Virus record (IMG/VR): IMGVR_UViG_3300035696_000005 | Coordinates: 32,001 to 96,000 of that record | Source of the DNA: a virus | DNA: 64,000 bases | Reading direction: 5' to 3' (one strand) | Shown: in pieces, positions 44,414 to 53,450 of the stretch | How the letters are laid out: the number at the start of each line of letters is the position of its first letter | How positions within the stretch are numbered: position 1 is the stretch's first letter | Translations under genes and position numbers: made by a program | Notes under the pieces: generated by a model | The model's database searches: none | Seen by the model: the letters and a program-made list of their open reading frames with translations, nothing else | Told to the model about the DNA's origin: nothing

Positions 44414-44446
44414 AAAAAATGGGGGCTGTGCGTAGTATCAGCCCCC
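44414..44446 (-). terminator. Intrinsic terminator between convergent genes
   Basis: GGGGGCTG/CAGCCCCC stem, T6 on - strand. Confidence 0.7.
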
Positions 44447-44457
44447 ACTCTCAAAAC

Positions 44458-44631
44458 TTACTTCTTCTTCGCTTTTTTAGCGACTTTCTTCTTGGTCGCA
44501 GCTTTTTTCTTGGTTGCCATTTTGTTTCTCCTTTCTTTACACTTCGGGCACGACTCTTTGTAGTAATACCAGGTTCCAGGAGTACCGTTGTAGAGATAAT
44601 CCTTCCTGTGCTCAATACAAAGATCTGTCAT
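44458..44631 (-). CDS. 57-aa Zn-binding protein with nested 20-aa Lys-rich peptide (44458-44520)
   Basis: MTDLCIEH..CPKC..MATKKKAATKKKVAKKAKKK; ATGA coupling at 44631 and internal SD AAAGGAG before ATG 44520. Confidence 0.65.
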   Translation of the reverse strand: MTDLCIEHRKDYLYNGTPGTWYYYKESCPKCKERRNKMATKKKAATKKKVAKKAKKK

Positions 44632-45950
44632 ATTTTGTGTCCCCCAAACCGTGTATCGCGATCCTTCACAATAAACGCCCTGAGTTCGTCAATGAGTTCG
44701 GGCTTATTCAGTTTGAACAGTGCTTTAAGTTTCTCCCCACGCCATTCTTTGAATGCATTGGGATCAACCCCGTGTTTTTTCAGAATGGCATCAAGACCCA
44801 CATCATCCATTCCCTGAACTTCCGGATGCCTCGGAGCGCTTTCTCTGATCTTTCTATCTGTCGCAACCCAATCGACTTTCTCATCACTTGGCTTGAACCC
44901 GTACCAAAGCCCCTCAATCGCAACCCCGCTATCCGGACACAGATTCTCAATTGACTCTTTAAGCTTCCTGTTCAGAAGATCATAAAGAGATCCTGTAACT
45001 TTAAGCTGCTTTGCGATTCTTACCATGTCGTCGACCGACGATACGTTGAGGCTGATTTCACCGCGTGCATTCTGCTCTTGGATCCTTCGGTTCTCAGGGC
45101 AGAGCTGAACCATGTGACAGTAATCACAATGAGAGCCCGGAAGAGCCGGATAGTCACTGAAGTTCTCGATCGCCATGACACGAAGCCTGATCTCTTCTTC
45201 AACCTCAGCCAGATCCTCGTCGCTCCAATAAACCGGTGGAGCATAGAAGTTTAGTCTGGGCTGCGCGTAATGAATCACCGTTCTTACGTGATAACCCGGG
45301 TAATGGATTGCCGCCATCCAAGCGTAGCAACCCATCTGGAAAGTATGGTCGCTATTGTGGTTAGCACTTGGGGTGCTCTTATGATCCACCACCGTGATGA
45401 TTCGGTTGTGATGATCAATGGAGATCTGATCATATTTGGCGGTGAAAAAGATACCGTATCTGTGCTCGGTTGTGTAAACCGGCATATCATCGGCAACGGG
45501 CACTTTCACATATTGAAAGCTTGGAGCCACATCATCAATGAAAGTTTCTTCTTCGTAGAGACTCACAGCAAGCGTGATCTCGCAGCGGGTTGTTTCGTTC
45601 AGGTATGGACTTGGGTTGCCCGCGTAGGCTGCAGCTGATTCTTTGATGAGTTTGATTTGCTCATAAGAGGCTGGAAACTTTCCAACCGCCTCTTCAACCC
45701 AGCGATCCAAGAGTTGAGGTGTGATTACAGTTTTCTGAACATGCGCTTCAGAAATTCTTTGAAGAACTTCATGAATCGCGCTCCCACGAGCGGAAGCCAG
45801 TGTATCAGAAACAATGCTATCGCGCAGGACATACTTACTTTGAAAGCGAGAAGGACAGCGGGCCACAATAAGTCGAGAGGCAGAATAAGGGCCATATTTT
45901 AATCTCACATGATGGTAGCCAGATGGAGCAGCATTGAGTGCTGGACGCAT
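44628..45950 (-). CDS. PD-(D/E)XK exonuclease (RecB/Cas4-like)
   Basis: YSASRL..CP, GSAIHEVL, AKYDQI..VVDHKS, QMGCYA, CDYC..LCP. Confidence 0.85.
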   Translation of the reverse strand: MRPALNAAPSGYHHVRLKYGPYSASRLIVARCPSRFQSKYVLRDSIVSDTLASARGSAIHEVLQRISEAHVQKTVITPQLLDRWVEEAVGKFPASYEQIKLIKESAAAYAGNPSPYLNETTRCEITLAVSLYEEETFIDDVAPSFQYVKVPVADDMPVYTTEHRYGIFFTAKYDQISIDHHNRIITVVDHKSTPSANHNSDHTFQMGCYAWMAAIHYPGYHVRTVIHYAQPRLNFYAPPVYWSDEDLAEVEEEIRLRVMAIENFSDYPALPGSHCDYCHMVQLCPENRRIQEQNARGEISLNVSSVDDMVRIAKQLKVTGSLYDLLNRKLKESIENLCPDSGVAIEGLWYGFKPSDEKVDWVATDRKIRESAPRHPEVQGMDDVGLDAILKKHGVDPNAFKEWRGEKLKALFKLNKPELIDELRAFIVKDRDTRFGGHKI

Positions 45951-45999
45951 AGTGATTCTCCTTAAAATGAGAAGGGTGGGATTACCCCACCCTTACAAA

Positions 46000-46200
46000 C
46001 TACAGATCAAATAAATCGCCGCCGTCGTCATCCTCGTCATACTCAGGCAGTGGTGTTGCGTAATCGTCATCACCATCGTCTTCGTAGATTTCAGTTCCAC
46101 CGAGAAGATCGTCTAGACCTTCATCGGATTGATTCATAATACCTTGGGCGATGTCTTCAGGGTTTCGCTCCCGTCCATCCCCCGGACCTAGATGTTGCAT
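46000..46200 (-). CDS. Small acidic protein
   Basis: ATG 46200 after AGGAGGAG; Asp/Glu-rich. Confidence 0.6.
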   Translation of the reverse strand: MQHLGPGDGRERNPEDIAQGIMNQSDEGLDDLLGGTEIYEDDGDDDYATPLPEYDEDDDGGDLFDL

Positions 46201-46777
46201 AGGCAAACTCCTCCTTGAGTGTTCTGCACTCTTCACTAAAAACATCTAGTATTTTTTGTCTCCCGTCAATGCCTAAGGCACTCAGGAGAAGGAGGTCGTT
46301 CTCGCCTACAGTACTCATCAGAAGATGACTCAACGCAGCCCTAACCTTGCTCTTTAGGTTATCCTCAAGAGCAGTGGTAAGCTTCGATAGTTCAGGGAAC
46401 TTGGCAGTAGACTCAGTATCGGCAACAGCGATCTCAGGCGGTGTGAAGATTGGAGCGTCTCCGGTAGGCGGAAACGCCGGAACTTCATCAGTCTCGTCAG
46501 GCTCCAATGCAGCCATAAGAGCCGCATCGATCGTGTCTCCTGCTTTCTTAAGCTGCTCTTGGGTAACCGGGCTATTGCAGTGGATTGTGGGCTCCAGATC
46601 TGAAACCTGAAGTGATTTCCTGCCAGTGCCCTCCGCGTAGACGAAGCGGAAGTTAGCCCCAAAGCTATGAAAGTCTTCCCAGTCCTTGAAGCTATCATTG
46701 AAGGCTTTTACAATGTCTTCCAGGTCAGCCTTAGCCAGATCCCTTTCTGCTTCTTGTACAAATTGTTTGTGATCCAT
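46157..46777 (-). CDS. Hypothetical acidic protein
   Basis: SD TAGGAG. Confidence 0.7.
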   Translation of the reverse strand: MDHKQFVQEAERDLAKADLEDIVKAFNDSFKDWEDFHSFGANFRFVYAEGTGRKSLQVSDLEPTIHCNSPVTQEQLKKAGDTIDAALMAALEPDETDEVPAFPPTGDAPIFTPPEIAVADTESTAKFPELSKLTTALEDNLKSKVRAALSHLLMSTVGENDLLLLSALGIDGRQKILDVFSEECRTLKEEFAYATSRSGGWTGAKP

Positions 46778-46845
46778 CGTGATTCTCCTAAAAAGTGGAG
46801 CACACCCCTTAGCACGGGGTGTGCTCCTTCCGCGTCACACGGAGG

Positions 46846-47961
46846 TCAAAACAGTGTTCCGCCTGCAGCTGCTGCTGCGTTAACCGGCTTATGATCCACT
46901 TGAGGCGGTGTCATTTTGTCAGTGACAGGATCTGTTGCTGCCTTCTCCTTTTTGGCTTTAGCGATCCGACTATTCACATAGGTGACGATGCCTTCAACAG
47001 TCGGAGGATTCACATTTCTGGCAAGCTTGATCCGGTTCTCCTCGGTATTGGGGACGCCGGTCATTGCCGAAAGCTGATCCAGAAGCTTCACAACGGTTTC
47101 GTTGTTTGCCCGGGCAAGAACTTCGCCTTCGATCTTATCTTGTTCGTCAGGACTCGGAAGCGATGCTCTTTGAGGAGCCGCCTCGATTTGAGCTGCCTCA
47201 TCGCTACCGATTTCATACTCAGTGCTGATTGCACCCGAGCGAAGCCCCATGAGAGCGCTCCAGTTCTCAATTGAGATCTTTCCTTGAAACTTCTTTTCAT
47301 ACGTTTCGAAAGGAATGTGCTCCAGATGGATGACTGCCTGATCTCGATTAAACTTCTTCATCTTCTCCAGGTCAGCGAAAGACACCGGGATTTCTTTCTT
47401 GTAGAGCCTAAAGATTTCGCCCTGTAGGCGACCCATGCTTGCCCTCACAGCGCCTTGAATGGCGGAATAGACGTTCATGATGGCAAGAAGGGAGGTGTTA
47501 TCGAGTTGAAACACCGGACCCAGAGAATACTGTGGGATGATCATATCAAGAAAGAAATGCTCGCCACACTTACCTTCCAGATATTGCGGGCAGCTCTTAT
47601 AAAGACAGGAGCGCTCGCGTGCTTTTGGGAACGCTGGGTGAGGTGTATTCTTCACACCGGGAGCGTCGTTAAACGACATGTAGGCTGCAGTGGGAGCCTT
47701 TCCTTTTTCGTGGGTGGAGACGCACATGAGTTCATTCTTACTGTACCAGCGAAGATCATCTCGGAAGAAGTCTTGGTAGCGGTTCGAAAGAACCGTGAAG
47801 TAGATCTCGGTTGGTTTTTCACCCAACACCGGAATGAGCTGAGGGGCATCATGAAGAAGGAAGTGCGGCGTATTAATCATCTTGCCACCTTCTTCGCGCT
47901 TTCCTGCTCTGATTTTGCCAGCCCTACGAACAATAATTTTATCAGTCAAACCTGCGATCAT
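46846..47961 (-). CDS. Gp3-like recombination (annealing/directionality-factor family) protein
   Basis: GKIRAGKR..PHFLL..GEKPTEI..CLYKSCPQY..C..LDMIIP..FQLDNTS. Confidence 0.6.
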   Translation of the reverse strand: MIAGLTDKIIVRRAGKIRAGKREEGGKMINTPHFLLHDAPQLIPVLGEKPTEIYFTVLSNRYQDFFRDDLRWYSKNELMCVSTHEKGKAPTAAYMSFNDAPGVKNTPHPAFPKARERSCLYKSCPQYLEGKCGEHFFLDMIIPQYSLGPVFQLDNTSLLAIMNVYSAIQGAVRASMGRLQGEIFRLYKKEIPVSFADLEKMKKFNRDQAVIHLEHIPFETYEKKFQGKISIENWSALMGLRSGAISTEYEIGSDEAAQIEAAPQRASLPSPDEQDKIEGEVLARANNETVVKLLDQLSAMTGVPNTEENRIKLARNVNPPTVEGIVTYVNSRIAKAKKEKAATDPVTDKMTPPQVDHKPVNAAAAAGGTLF

Positions 47962-48011
47962 GTGAATCTCCTTATTCTTAGCTTATAACTTAAAACGCTA
48001 TGAGTTTTCCA

Positions 48012-48323
48012 TTACTCTTTGACTTGGATGTTGACCTTGCCGAGCGATCCTTCGACTTGCCTAAAATCCAAATCCATATCATCGATTGCAATGTCGGGTT
48101 GAAACGATCCTTTCATTACAACTTTAGCGGACATAAGTCCCAACTTATCTCTCCAGCGACGAGCGTAGTCGATTCCGCCGCCCGACCATACGTACATTTC
48201 ACATCCGAATCCTTCAAGAAGTTTGTAGAGCTGAACTACGTCATAGCGCGGGGTATCTTCGTTAACACCAACCTGATGAATGAGCGTGCCGTCGATATCA
48301 AACGCGACAGTAACACGAGCCAT
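48012..48323 (-). CDS. HAD-superfamily phosphatase-like protein
   Basis: FDIDGTL, VWSGGG, IAIDD. Confidence 0.8.
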   Translation of the reverse strand: MARVTVAFDIDGTLIHQVGVNEDTPRYDVVQLYKLLEGFGCEMYVWSGGGIDYARRWRDKLGLMSAKVVMKGSFQPDIAIDDMDLDFRQVEGSLGKVNIQVKE

Positions 48324-48426
48324 ATTGAATCTCCTTATTCAGTACTCTTTATGCCCACACAAATCACAAGTGCGAGGACCTACTTCAAAGTCTGCATCAG
48401 GATATGTGTGAATTCCCTTTTCGCAG

Positions 48427-48726
48427 TCAGACTTTTCCTTTTCCATTTTCAGCAGCCTCCAGTTCATCGATCTTTTCTCTGACCCCTTCCATTTGGGATC
48501 GTACAGTCAGTGTCGATCGAGATCCTTCTTTAAGCAAGCTTGCTTCTTTCTCTTTCAGCGTTTTGTAGGTTTCTCTGAGTTCCTTCAAAAGATCTGCGTT
48601 TGCAATGCCAAGTTTTTCCATGTTTGCTCCTTCTAACCATTTTGGATTGATTGCTGTGATGTCGCAACCTTCTTCCAGTGTGGCTGCTTCTCGAATCCAG
48701 CGATCTGTGGCTTTGAATTTAAACAT
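48427..48726 (-). CDS. Hypothetical coiled-coil protein (possible internal start 48621)
   Basis: Internal SD AAGGAG before MEKL. Confidence 0.6.
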   Translation of the reverse strand: MFKFKATDRWIREAATLEEGCDITAINPKWLEGANMEKLGIANADLLKELRETYKTLKEKEASLLKEGSRSTLTVRSQMEGVREKIDELEAAENGKGKV

Positions 48727-48728
48727 AG

Positions 48729-48950
48729 TTAATGCTTTGTGTCATTCTTGCTTGACATGATGTGAACCTCAACCTCGTCTGAAAGGATCGACTTCATAAG
48801 ACCGCCTAGAATCAAAATTGACTCTCCAAGCCTCGCCTGATTGTCTAGGATTGCCTTTAAAAGCTCTTTGTCGTCCTTCTCATAGCGTACCCCTTCGATG
48901 CTGTCATTGATCTGTTTTAGGATTCCCTGGAGCGTCTGATACAGGTCCAT
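48729..48950 (-). CDS. Hypothetical protein
   Basis: ATG 48950 reduces overlap with upstream gene. Confidence 0.55.
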   Translation of the reverse strand: MDLYQTLQGILKQINDSIEGVRYEKDDKELLKAILDNQARLGESILILGGLMKSILSDEVEVHIMSSKNDTKH

Positions 48951-49287
48951 GAGCCTTCTCCGTGCTAAGGGGCTCCCCCGGACGCATATCCTGGCTATAA
49001 GCGAGTAAGACACCGTCCTTTAGACCCTGCAGATAACAGTCCCATAGACCGGCCATCAGAAATACCTCTAGCGCAGTACGCGTAACCGGAGCTGCCTCCG
49101 CGTTCGTCTTCTCAATAATACCACGCGCCCGCTTAAGGGGATCAAAACCGCTGGTTAATTCTGCGCTGGTCATCTCTAAATGGCCTTCTTTGGAATACCT
49201 GAGCTTACAGACACGGCACAGATTAAAGCAGAAATGCCCTCCACGAACAATAGGCTCTAATTGACCCTGGCATTTGCGGCATCTCAT
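48904..49287 (-). CDS. Zn-ribbon-containing hypothetical protein
   Basis: CRKC..CRVC. Confidence 0.65.
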   Translation of the reverse strand: MRCRKCQGQLEPIVRGGHFCFNLCRVCKLRYSKEGHLEMTSAELTSGFDPLKRARGIIEKTNAEAAPVTRTALEVFLMAGLWDCYLQGLKDGVLLAYSQDMRPGEPLSTEKAHGPVSDAPGNPKTDQ

Positions 49288-49751
49288 TTTCTCACCGGTA
49301 TTTCTTTGATCGGGGTTTCGATTGGGTATGTGACTCCTTTAGCGAAGCTGGCGGGCTTGAATTCTTTTATCGCTTTCCTTAATGCAGCAAGCTTTGCACC
49401 TTCAAGTAGAGCCACACAAATAGCTTCAGCGAGGCTTTCGCGAGTAACACATACGTCCGTTTTATGGATAGACGTTCTTCCAATCTCTAATGTGAGTTTC
49501 ACGTCATAGCAGTAAGCATAATCAGAAGAAATATCCATGCAGCAGTACAGTGGTCCACGAACCATTTTAAAGAGATCGAGCGCCGCATGATCGCTAGTTG
49601 AGAAGAGAGGAAGGACTCGATTCTGCCCTAGTGGCAAGTTCTCACCAGGAGCCTTGCAGAAGATAAGTTTTTTCTCATTCCCCTCTTTATTGGCGGGAAG
49701 ATCACCCACGATCTTCCAACCCAAAACTTCGGTAGCGACAAGCTTGTCCAT
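49284..49751 (-). CDS. Phage ABA-sandwich-like domain protein
   Basis: DKLVATEVLGW..FSTSDHAA..ESLAEAICVALL; ATG 49751 preferred because the extension to 49958 overlaps another gene. Confidence 0.6.
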   Translation of the reverse strand: MDKLVATEVLGWKIVGDLPANKEGNEKKLIFCKAPGENLPLGQNRVLPLFSTSDHAALDLFKMVRGPLYCCMDISSDYAYCYDVKLTLEIGRTSIHKTDVCVTRESLAEAICVALLEGAKLAALRKAIKEFKPASFAKGVTYPIETPIKEIPVRK

Positions 49752-49764
49752 CTCTTGCCCTGGA

Positions 49765-50052
49765 CTAAGTTTGATCGATTGACCCCTCAGAACTATCTCT
49801 TTTTTCGTATCTGCCACATGCTGGCCAGTTGACTCGGTGATCGGAGCCTGCCCCACGAGTTTCACGCCTGAGCCTACATTTATAGTAACGTTTGCCCCTT
49901 TCTCGAAAATATAGGTTCTTGCAGTTTTTGCACGTTTCTTTTTTTGGGCCTTTGCCATAAATCCTCACACAAGGGTTTGCGATCTTTTTTTTAAGACGTT
50001 CCTTCTCCAGTTCCTTCTCTAGCCACAGCTGGTGCTGCTCGTCCAAATCCAT
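49765..50052 (-). CDS. Cys-rich small phage protein
   Basis: GPKKETCKNC..YYKC..DHRVNWPAC. Confidence 0.6.
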   Translation of the reverse strand: MDLDEQHQLWLEKELEKERLKKKIANPCVRIYGKGPKKETCKNCKNLYFRERGKRYYKCRLRRETRGAGSDHRVNWPACGRYEKRDSSEGSIDQT

Positions 50053-50272
50053 GACTCTTTCCTTTCACGGCCTGGTGATGAATAGTCCTGATCACATCAA
50101 GAACAGACTCGATCTCCTCAGGATCTTCACTCTCTGCTTGTATCACGTAGGTCTTATGAATCCCAGGACCGGCTGCGCGAACAATGAAGCCATTGTCTAC
50201 GTAAGCAACGGCAATTTCCTTAATCTCAACCGGACCCGTATGTACTTCTGGCATTCCCATTTCAGCATGCAT
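49991..50272 (-). CDS. Hypothetical protein
   Basis: IAVAYVDNGFIVR. Confidence 0.55.
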   Translation of the reverse strand: MHAEMGMPEVHTGPVEIKEIAVAYVDNGFIVRAAGPGIHKTYVIQAESEDPEEIESVLDVIRTIHHQAVKGKSHGFGRAAPAVAREGTGEGTS

Positions 50273-50747
50273 GAATAAGCCTCCAAACGATGTAATAATG
50301 GGTTAGGTGGTGGACCATTTGATCGATCCCAAGACTTCTCCAGAATTTCTTGTTACTTCTTACCTTTCTGGCCCACTCTTCAGGAGCCATTGAGTCTTTG
50401 TATTGGAAGTTGTGACTACAGAGGGACTTATACTTGCCCAACATCTTAGGGCTCGCCTTGATTCGATCCATTGTGAAGTGGGTGGCGAAGTCGAAGAGTG
50501 CAAGCCCAAATACCAAAAGTAAGTGTTTTGGACTAGTGTCCAGCAATGCGAAATAGATGCTGCAAATAAAGCCAGTAAAGCAAGCGTGCACTCCCGCATG
50601 CGCAGCGAGTGGCTTAACCCAGCCCTTTTCGTTGAACTTGCCAAGCATCCACGGAGTTTGAAGAGGGAAGTCGGCGAGATAGTGCTTTAGCTGGTAGATT
50701 GCTAGAAGTACAAACGTAAGTGTAATCCTATCCATTATTTCACCCAC
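50262..50747 (-). CDS. DUF3307-family membrane protein
   Basis: HYLADFPLQ, HAGVH, HFTMD, DQMVHH. Confidence 0.85.
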   Translation of the reverse strand: MGEIMDRITLTFVLLAIYQLKHYLADFPLQTPWMLGKFNEKGWVKPLAAHAGVHACFTGFICSIYFALLDTSPKHLLLVFGLALFDFATHFTMDRIKASPKMLGKYKSLCSHNFQYKDSMAPEEWARKVRSNKKFWRSLGIDQMVHHLTHYYIVWRLIHAC

Positions 50748-50977
50748 TCTGGTTTATGTTTCTCTTCCATGCGCCAATTAGCCACCCACTCAACAAAAAT
50801 TTCAGTTTCCTTGCAAAGCTGGTTAGCCGACCACCGACCCATCGCGTGACCGTTTACTTCGAGTGCGAAAGCCATTCCGGCGATAACCGCTGATACAGGA
50901 TTATAGGTATCCTCCCGAGCACACCTAAACGGAAGCGCGACGCGAACGAGTTCTATGAATTTTTCTTTATTGCTCAT
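50735..50977 (-). CDS. Hypothetical protein
   Basis: Coupled ORF. Confidence 0.55.
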   Translation of the reverse strand: MSNKEKFIELVRVALPFRCAREDTYNPVSAVIAGMAFALEVNGHAMGRWSANQLCKETEIFVEWVANWRMEEKHKPEWVK

Positions 50978-51207
50978 GATTTTCCTTTCGGTTTAAGAAC
51001 CGCCACCCCCATCTCTTTTAGGAACTTCTCACGTACGGCTGCATCAACTTTCTTCGCACCGTCTTTACGGTAGAAGTAAATCATATTTGCCATAAGCCTG
51101 AGATGGTTCGTTACTTCGAGACTTGCCTTAACTTCGGCATCAGTGAGGCGACAAAGTTCTTGGATATCTTCAAAGATCTCCAAAAATTCCTTGTAGCTGT
51201 CTTTCAT
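50974..51207 (-). CDS. Hypothetical protein
   Basis: ATG 51207 just after upstream stop. Confidence 0.55.
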   Translation of the reverse strand: MKDSYKEFLEIFEDIQELCRLTDAEVKASLEVTNHLRLMANMIYFYRKDGAKKVDAAVREKFLKEMGVAVLKPKGKS

Positions 51208-51208
51208 T

Positions 51209-51394
51209 TTAGTCTTCGATATAGAAACGTCCTGTCGGGTGCGGGTAAATGCGCTCGCCACTATCCAGGACGATTGCTTTGATTCCTCTTTTGTCCCACT
51301 CGATTTTTGTAATCGTGCGACCGCGTAGAACCTCGTTCCAGAACTCTTTGTTCAATGAGTAGGGTTTCCATTTTGTTCTATATTTAGAAGTCAT
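51209..51394 (-). CDS. Hypothetical protein
   Basis: Coupled ORF. Confidence 0.6.
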   Translation of the reverse strand: MTSKYRTKWKPYSLNKEFWNEVLRGRTITKIEWDKRGIKAIVLDSGERIYPHPTGRFYIED

Positions 51395-51952
51395 TTAGTT
51401 GTCCCCAGTAAACTCAGCCACACTTGCACGCGGCTTGTTTGGATTGAAGCCTTTGCCAGCCGATCTCAAATTCCCAGTCATTCCCCCAATATTGACCATT
51501 TGTTGAGCGGCTGATTGTGTTTGTTCGGGAGCGAGAGCTGCGTCCAGGAACGCATCAGCATTCCCGCCTGCATTCGGTGCCGTGTACTGAGGAGGCTGAA
51601 TTTCATCCTCAACTGTCTCAGCAGTTGATTTCACTTCTTCAGGTAGATCATCCTCAGAGAGATCGTGTGCATTTGGATCTTCCCCCTCCGCCTCCTCAAG
51701 AGCCTCTTCTCTTTCCTTATAAACGGTCGGTGGCTTTAGCGCGGTGGACTCCTGAGGTTCCCCGCCCAGGATCACTTCAGTACCGTCGAGTTCGGAAAGA
51801 ATCGATGCGATATTTTCTGAGAGCATGCGATCGAAGTAATCTGCAAATTCTTTTTCAAGCTGGTCCACAGTTGAGCCAGAGAGCATTGCTAGGGCACGAA
51901 GTTTCTTGAGGGTTTTATCTGAGAGCTGAAGGGTGAGGGTAGGCGAAGCCAT
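51395..51952 (-). CDS. Ribbon-helix-helix-like N-terminus with acidic tail
   Basis: LTLQLSDKTLKKLRALAMLSGSTVDQL. Confidence 0.55.
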   Translation of the reverse strand: MASPTLTLQLSDKTLKKLRALAMLSGSTVDQLEKEFADYFDRMLSENIASILSELDGTEVILGGEPQESTALKPPTVYKEREEALEEAEGEDPNAHDLSEDDLPEEVKSTAETVEDEIQPPQYTAPNAGGNADAFLDAALAPEQTQSAAQQMVNIGGMTGNLRSAGKGFNPNKPRASVAEFTGDN

Positions 51953-52011
51953 ATTGAGTCTCCTTACCCCTAGCCTATCAAAAGAATAGGCTAGGGGAAA
52001 GAAATTCCTAA

Positions 52012-52350
52012 TTAGAGCTTTTCCCAGTTGGCTTCAATAACGTCGGCGATGTGCTTAAACGGCGCACCAGCATCATTGAGCGCGGCGAGGTTGGTGTATA
52101 CTTTGCCTCTATAGGTTACTGGTTCCTCTAGCTCACCATCCTCAGTACCAATACCAGTCAGCTTCATTTTTTCATCATCCAGGACTTCCTCATCCCATGA
52201 ATGGAGCTCCATTCCCATCACTTCACAAAGAACGCCTAGACAGCAGAACTGATTACCGTCTTCATCGTGTTTCTTGAGGTAGCCGTCTCCTTGTCGGTAC
52301 TTATCGCTTCTTAGCGCCTTTACCCAGCTTTCCGCTATTTCTTTTCTCAT
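52012..52350 (-). CDS. Conserved phage hypothetical protein
   Basis: WVKALRS..Y.QG..YL..CCLGVLCE..LND..F..IAD. Confidence 0.75.
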   Translation of the reverse strand: MRKEIAESWVKALRSDKYRQGDGYLKKHDEDGNQFCCLGVLCEVMGMELHSWDEEVLDDEKMKLTGIGTEDGELEEPVTYRGKVYTNLAALNDAGAPFKHIADVIEANWEKL

Positions 52351-52570
52351 CGTGTTTCCTTTCCATAAGCTTGAGGTGGTAAGTGATTCTAAGTTTAATA
52401 TCTTCTTCTATTAGGCAATGTCCTCCGTCGCCATAGTCACATTCTTTGCACGGTTGCTTCCAGTGATCCCATAGAAGCGAAACCAACGCATGAAGGTAGA
52501 TATAGTCTTTAAGACGTTTAAGTACTTGAATTCCTTTTGTCTCGCACGAGTCGAATAAGCCCATTCTCAA
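52301..52570 (-). CDS. Hypothetical protein
   Basis: CKEC..HC; start uncertain. Confidence 0.45.
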   Translation of the reverse strand: MRMGLFDSCETKGIQVLKRLKDYIYLHALVSLLWDHWKQPCKECDYGDGGHCLIEEDIKLRITYHLKLMERKHDEKRNSGKLGKGAKKR

Positions 52571-53150
52571 TCCTCAGTTGCTGATAGCAGTCATATAGTG
52601 CATCGTGTGGTTTGCCGGGAGGCATCTCAATTTCCGGATACGACTCAAACGCCAGGTTGACGAGTTCGTTCCGATTCTCCATTCCAAGAACACACATGGC
52701 TAGACTGATACTTCCACTTTGCTCGTAGACCCTATAGTGATAATCCCCAGTCGGTATATCAACGCCGTTGACTGTTTCCCTATAGAACGGCCTGAGATAC
52801 TGCTGCTCTTCAAGAAATGGAATATCCATCATTGTGGCGTTCCAGCCCATAAAATAGACATAGGGCGGGCGCACTTTGCACTCTTTGAAGAACGCCAGCA
52901 TCTCTTGCCTGATTTCTTCTGCGGTGTTGGGAGCGACAGAGTTGCAGAGCTTGAAGAGTTCTACCATGTTCTCTTTAGCAAACTGTGACTCAGGCTGACA
53001 ACTTGTATGAAGAAACCTATTATAAAATTTCCCTGGTTTCCAAAATCCGTCTATAAAGTCAGCTTCAAGAAGAGCAATCTGTAGAATGTCGTCTCTTTTT
53101 TTATCTGTATTTACCGCTTCAATATCTAAAACGAAATGTTTTTCTCTCAT
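52518..53150 (-). CDS. DEDDh 3'-5' exonuclease (DnaQ-like)
   Basis: LDIEA, GWNA..DIPFL, HDALYD. Confidence 0.85.
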   Translation of the reverse strand: MREKHFVLDIEAVNTDKKRDDILQIALLEADFIDGFWKPGKFYNRFLHTSCQPESQFAKENMVELFKLCNSVAPNTAEEIRQEMLAFFKECKVRPPYVYFMGWNATMMDIPFLEEQQYLRPFYRETVNGVDIPTGDYHYRVYEQSGSISLAMCVLGMENRNELVNLAFESYPEIEMPPGKPHDALYDCYQQLRIENGLIRLVRDKRNSST

Positions 53151-53201
53151 CCTTGAGCTCCTTAAAGATGGGTGCCCGTGGTTAGCGGGCACCCAATTTG
53201 A

Positions 53202-53438
53202 TTACTTAGCGGGCTTAGCTTTAGGAGCCGGAGCTTTCGCCTGAGCCGCTTGCGGGCTAGGCGCAGGCTTAGGCCAACACGGCATGCCCCCATTCGAAGT
53301 ATAGCAAACAACCTCGGCTGTTTCGCATCGAGCAAATCCCAGACTATCATCCAGGTGAACGCAGTAGTCGTTCTTCTTTGCACTTGCACAGCCAGCTAAT
53401 ACCACAACAGCCAAAACTAACAGATATTTCAGTTTCAT
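53202..53438 (-). CDS. Small lipoprotein
   Basis: Lipobox LAGC; four further Cys; Pro/Ala/Lys tail. Confidence 0.75.
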   Translation of the reverse strand: MKLKYLLVLAVVVLAGCASAKKNDYCVHLDDSLGFARCETAEVVCYTSNGGMPCWPKPAPSPQAAQAKAPAPKAKPAK

Positions 53439-53450
53439 TCGTTTCTCCTT

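Noticed and set aside
17960-48340. Recurring AGGAGA[AT]TCA before many start codons
   Set aside because: Explained as a strong SD plus preferred spacer; no evidence for a separate operator.
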